Origin: Bugula neritina
Lineage: Eukaryota; Animalia; Bryozoa
Length of the DNA stretch: 64,000 nucleotides
Direction: 5' to 3'
NCBI GenBank assembly: GCA_964035545.1
Contig: OZ037766.1
Span: forward strand, 32,106,773-32,170,772
Shown here piece by piece: positions 60,441-64,000 of this stretch (within the stretch, counting starts at the first letter, position 1; every line of letters starts with the position of its first letter). Under the pieces are notes generated by a model that saw only the letters and a program-made list of their open reading frames with translations, made no database searches and had not been told where the DNA came from. The translations under genes were made by a program, and so were the position numbers.

Positions 60441-62339
60441 TCCTTGAGATCTGCTCATCATCCCTGCTCTGTAAGCCCTTGTCAGGCTGCCGCCATTTCA
60501 TAACTTCTCTGCTCAAGAGTAGCAAGATTCAAACATGCTCAGGCCAATGGAGTATGACGGCAATTAGAACTTCTTGCTGCCTATTATTGACTGACCTGTT
60601 CTATATTATGCTGACGTCTAATTCTGGCAGCACGCTCTCACCAAAACTTCCTTTCTTAGATTTTCCTTCTACCGAACAAATCTCTGAGTCTCATAAGTAT
60701 GAAAATTGACAAACCTACCGGAACATTCTTACAGAAATCACAGACAGCTGTTCTCACAATTCTCAAGCTAACACTTAGCTTCTCCAAATAGTATATGCAT
60801 GTGTACATTTTGTATTTTATTTTAGGATGTATTATAATAAAATATTATAATAGTTATTGTTATTTACTGTATATCAATACTCAATAAAATGCATAATGGA
60901 TTTTGTACAGGCATCATGTTGTGCTCAATTTGACCATCAAATTGTTGTGCTGCAAGTTTTTAGAAATAGAGAGTGCAACTCCAAATACATGATACTATGC
61001 TGAGGTATTCAAACTTAAAGAGCGTTCACCATGTTTTGATTTCATGCAAGAATATAAGTTTAAGCTCTGGGATGAAATACATAAATAATATGTGAATTCT
61101 TTCTCTCCAAGGTTCAGTCACACTTAAATAGGTAAATAGCTTAAGAGCGCCAACAGAACGCTAACAAAGAATTAAAGGGAGTGAACTTAATTTAATGTAC
61201 GATTATATTCATCCTTTGTCAGCAAACACAATTTCATAATCATTGCTGCCAAACCATCTGTTAAAAGCACAAACTAGTGTTTATTAGTGCTGCATAATTA
61301 TAGATTCTGCATGTTGCAATCGTGTGTATTATAGGATATAATTTATATGTCATGTGTTGATGTACTTCGTATGAAGCTTGAAAACAGTGCACTGCTAAGT
61401 AGAAGGAATACCGCTATCAGGAGGAATGAGCTAAAGCAGTGGTTTTATGTAACGATGTTAATGCAGAATATATAATTTTAATCATTATTCAAATGCAACA
61501 TATTGCTTTGTTAGTTGTTGAATTAATGCAACTGCTTTTTGAATCATCCTTGAACTTTTAGTAAGGTAGGACAACTCTAGCATAAATAGTGTTCACCTTC
61601 GATCAACATAAAAGACCAAAATAACTTTTGGAATATAAAAAGAATGCTTTGCTCTACAGGTTCTAAAAATTGAAAACTGACTAGTGATGATACATTTCAT
61701 TGCAGATAAACATCTGAAGTAGCAGATGAACCAAAATATGATAAATAATATACTTTAGCTATGGTACTAGAAGTAGAAAAAACATGCACTGTGAGTGCAT
61801 AAAAATATTCCGCCAGTTACCTACCAGCGGATGCATAAAATAATTCATCTTGATAACTTGAGAACACTTATACACACCATCAATAAGTGTGGGAAAATAG
61901 CACGAAATATTATTTATGAAAATATAATAATAATATAAGCCATATAATGACCAGATTTGAAGACGTCTATTTACAGGTTTGCTGCATTATAACTTGTAGC
62001 TAATAACCTTTCAGTATTGTAGAGCGAGTTCCATCAAACATACCACCAGATAGTTGGGTGCGGCAGGATCTACACCTTTTTGCATGCAGAGTTATTATGT
62101 GTATTACTACGCCAACCTTTCAGCATGTTACCCAGAGATCCTATACGCAGCTTTATTCAATATTCCAAAACTTTTGATAAAAATAAATTAAATTTAATTA
62201 TCTACTAATTTCACTACAACCATGTTACGTTGTAGCATAAGGGAGTTAGGTGTCAAGACTTGGATAAATTCTCAGTAACTAGATAATAAGTACTGTAAGG
62301 TAAGTATCATATAAGGTAAGTAAAGTAAGTGCGGTGTTG

Positions 62340-63984
62340 CTATAGTTTCAGCAAGTAGATGTAGCATTTGTTTGGTTTGCAATTGCTGAAAGGGTTGAGG
62401 CCTCCTTGTACGCTGTACCTGTGTAACTCAGGACTAGTGAGGGAGAGCTTAGAGCCACCCGGAATGTATACCAAACCCGACACAGAATTTGTCTACAAAG
62501 AAATACAGCCATTTCTAGTATTTCTGATAAACAATTTAGAAACTGTCAATAATTTTTGCTAAAATATTTTTTCACATGTTAGTTTACAATGTGAGAAAAT
62601 AATGTCCAAGAAATGTCCTTTCATTTGCCTTTAAACAAACCATTTTGATTTACTTTTTATATCGTGTATTTTTCTGGTATGCAACCCATATGATTATTAT
62701 TTATGCCAGAAATATTTAGAGATAGAAAGTAGTACTAAATACACCCTGCAATATACTGTACCTGTATCAAGTAGCAGTGAACAGGTAAACATCTTTAGAG
62801 ATTGGCAGTCATATTAAAGTATATATAAATATGACTACCCACTAAACAGAAAGAAAAGTCTGTAGAGAAAGAAGCTACAAACTGTAGAACAAGGAGATGA
62901 AATACAGAATATGGAACATACGTGGGAGTTACCTCACCTGAGTTACCAACTCCTGGTCTATTCGAGTCGCCCACTTCATATTAGCAGACTTTAGGATAAC
63001 CGTCTCACCGGGCACGTGCGGCTTTTTCAGCATGACTTGTATAATGTTAGTAGCGTCTGGTTGGCTAATTTCATCCAATTCACTGTTGGTATAGAAGGCT
63101 GTCAGCTGGAACAAGAAGCAAATTCAGCCAATCAAACACCAGCGCTATTACACAACGTAGATTATAACAATAAAACTTAAATTTTATATCAAATATCTTG
63201 AGCAACATTTTGAAATAAAAATATGCTGTTGTTTATTTAAGTCAACATGATGTATAAAATGAAGTTCTGATCAAAGATTAGGTCCTCCAAAGTATCTGAT
63301 TGTGTATATGAACAGGCAATACTAAAAGGGAAATAGTGTCATACACATAGATCCGTGCAAATGTACACAACAATATAGAGCTTGCTTTTGATGAATGTAG
63401 TGTACATTATATGGCATGCAAACATTTGGCAGGGCTGTATAGGGTTTATTGTATATTTCTTTGGAAGGAACAAAGATGGTTCATTATATGAAAAGAATAA
63501 TACAAATAGTAGAGGAATCAAATACTACATTAATTATTAAAGCAATAATTATTTACTTTGCTGTAATAAAATACTTTAGCTAATTGAATATTTAGAATTA
63601 ATTTAGAGCTTGGTGTGTTAACTGATTGACAAAATAATGAAATAAAAAGAATTTATTTCTTAAGAATTAAAGTGCCTAAAATGTCATCATTGACACTACG
63701 GACAGTATTTGCAGGTACTCCTCAACGCTACCGACAGTCTAAGCAGGTGCTTCTTGACACTACTGACAATGCATGCAGGTACTCATTGACACTACTGACA
63801 GTGCATGCAGGTGCTCATTGACATGACTGACAGTGTATTCTCTCGGTTCAACTTACCATTCCATAGACTAAGTAGTATCCACCAACTTCTATGTAAAGTT
63901 GGTCTCCATTTGACCCGCTGGTGACGCTCAAGCCGGGAGTAGTATGAGTCATAGACAGCGTGTCATTGGTTATGTAGGTGAACT
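62340..63984 (-). CDS. TNF-superfamily ligand-like protein, last three exons; 5' part lies right of the window
   Basis: Phase-consistent exons 63984-63857, 63105-62938, 62492-62340 give ..GDQLYIEVGGYYLVYGMLTAF..ETVILKSA..TNSVSGLVYIPGGSKLSL..CYIYLLKL*. This follows the TNF-homology strand pattern (L.I...G.Y.VY, G...L..G..LS, terminal hydrophobic strand ending KL*). Confidence 0.65.
63690..63835. repeat. About 32-bp degenerate repeat next to a donor of the TNF-like gene
   Basis: gacactactgacagtgcatgcaggtactcatt-like units x4-5. Confidence 0.75.
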
Positions 63985-64000
63985 CTAGAAAACAAATTAT

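Noticed and set aside
1-64000. tRNA, rRNA, snRNA genes, U12-type introns, autonomous transposons
   Set aside because: None recognised by eye; all modelled introns are GT-AG without the GTATCCT signature. A covariance-model search was not possible, so small RNAs cannot be excluded.

Overview
AT-rich, intron-rich animal genomic DNA (invertebrate, plausibly a lophotrochozoan; the taxon is an inference). I assembled spliced gene models by hand from GT-AG boundaries with consistent reading phase. In order: (1) the 5' part of an SLC6 amino-acid transporter (minus, runs off the left edge); (2) FIP1L1 (plus); (3, 4) two paralogous 16-exon GABA/taurine/creatine-type SLC6 transporters arranged tail-to-tail; (5) MMAA (minus) head-to-head with (6) ALG9 (plus); (7) CPTP/GLTPD1 (plus), whose intron 2 holds a MITE nested in an older inverted-repeat element; (8) the 3' end of a divergent TNF-family ligand (minus, runs off the right edge). 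Many introns carry private minisatellites, and most long ORFs in the supplied track are artefacts of these. Main observations: exon-by-exon gene conversion between the inverted SLC6 paralogs; tandem arrays built from splice sites, including ten 20-nt units that each read as a GT..AG micro-intron/ratchet point and seven U1 5'-end mimics that can hairpin with the adjacent donor; a coding VNTR multiplying N-glycosylation sequons; and palindromic elements in an intron and at a promoter.
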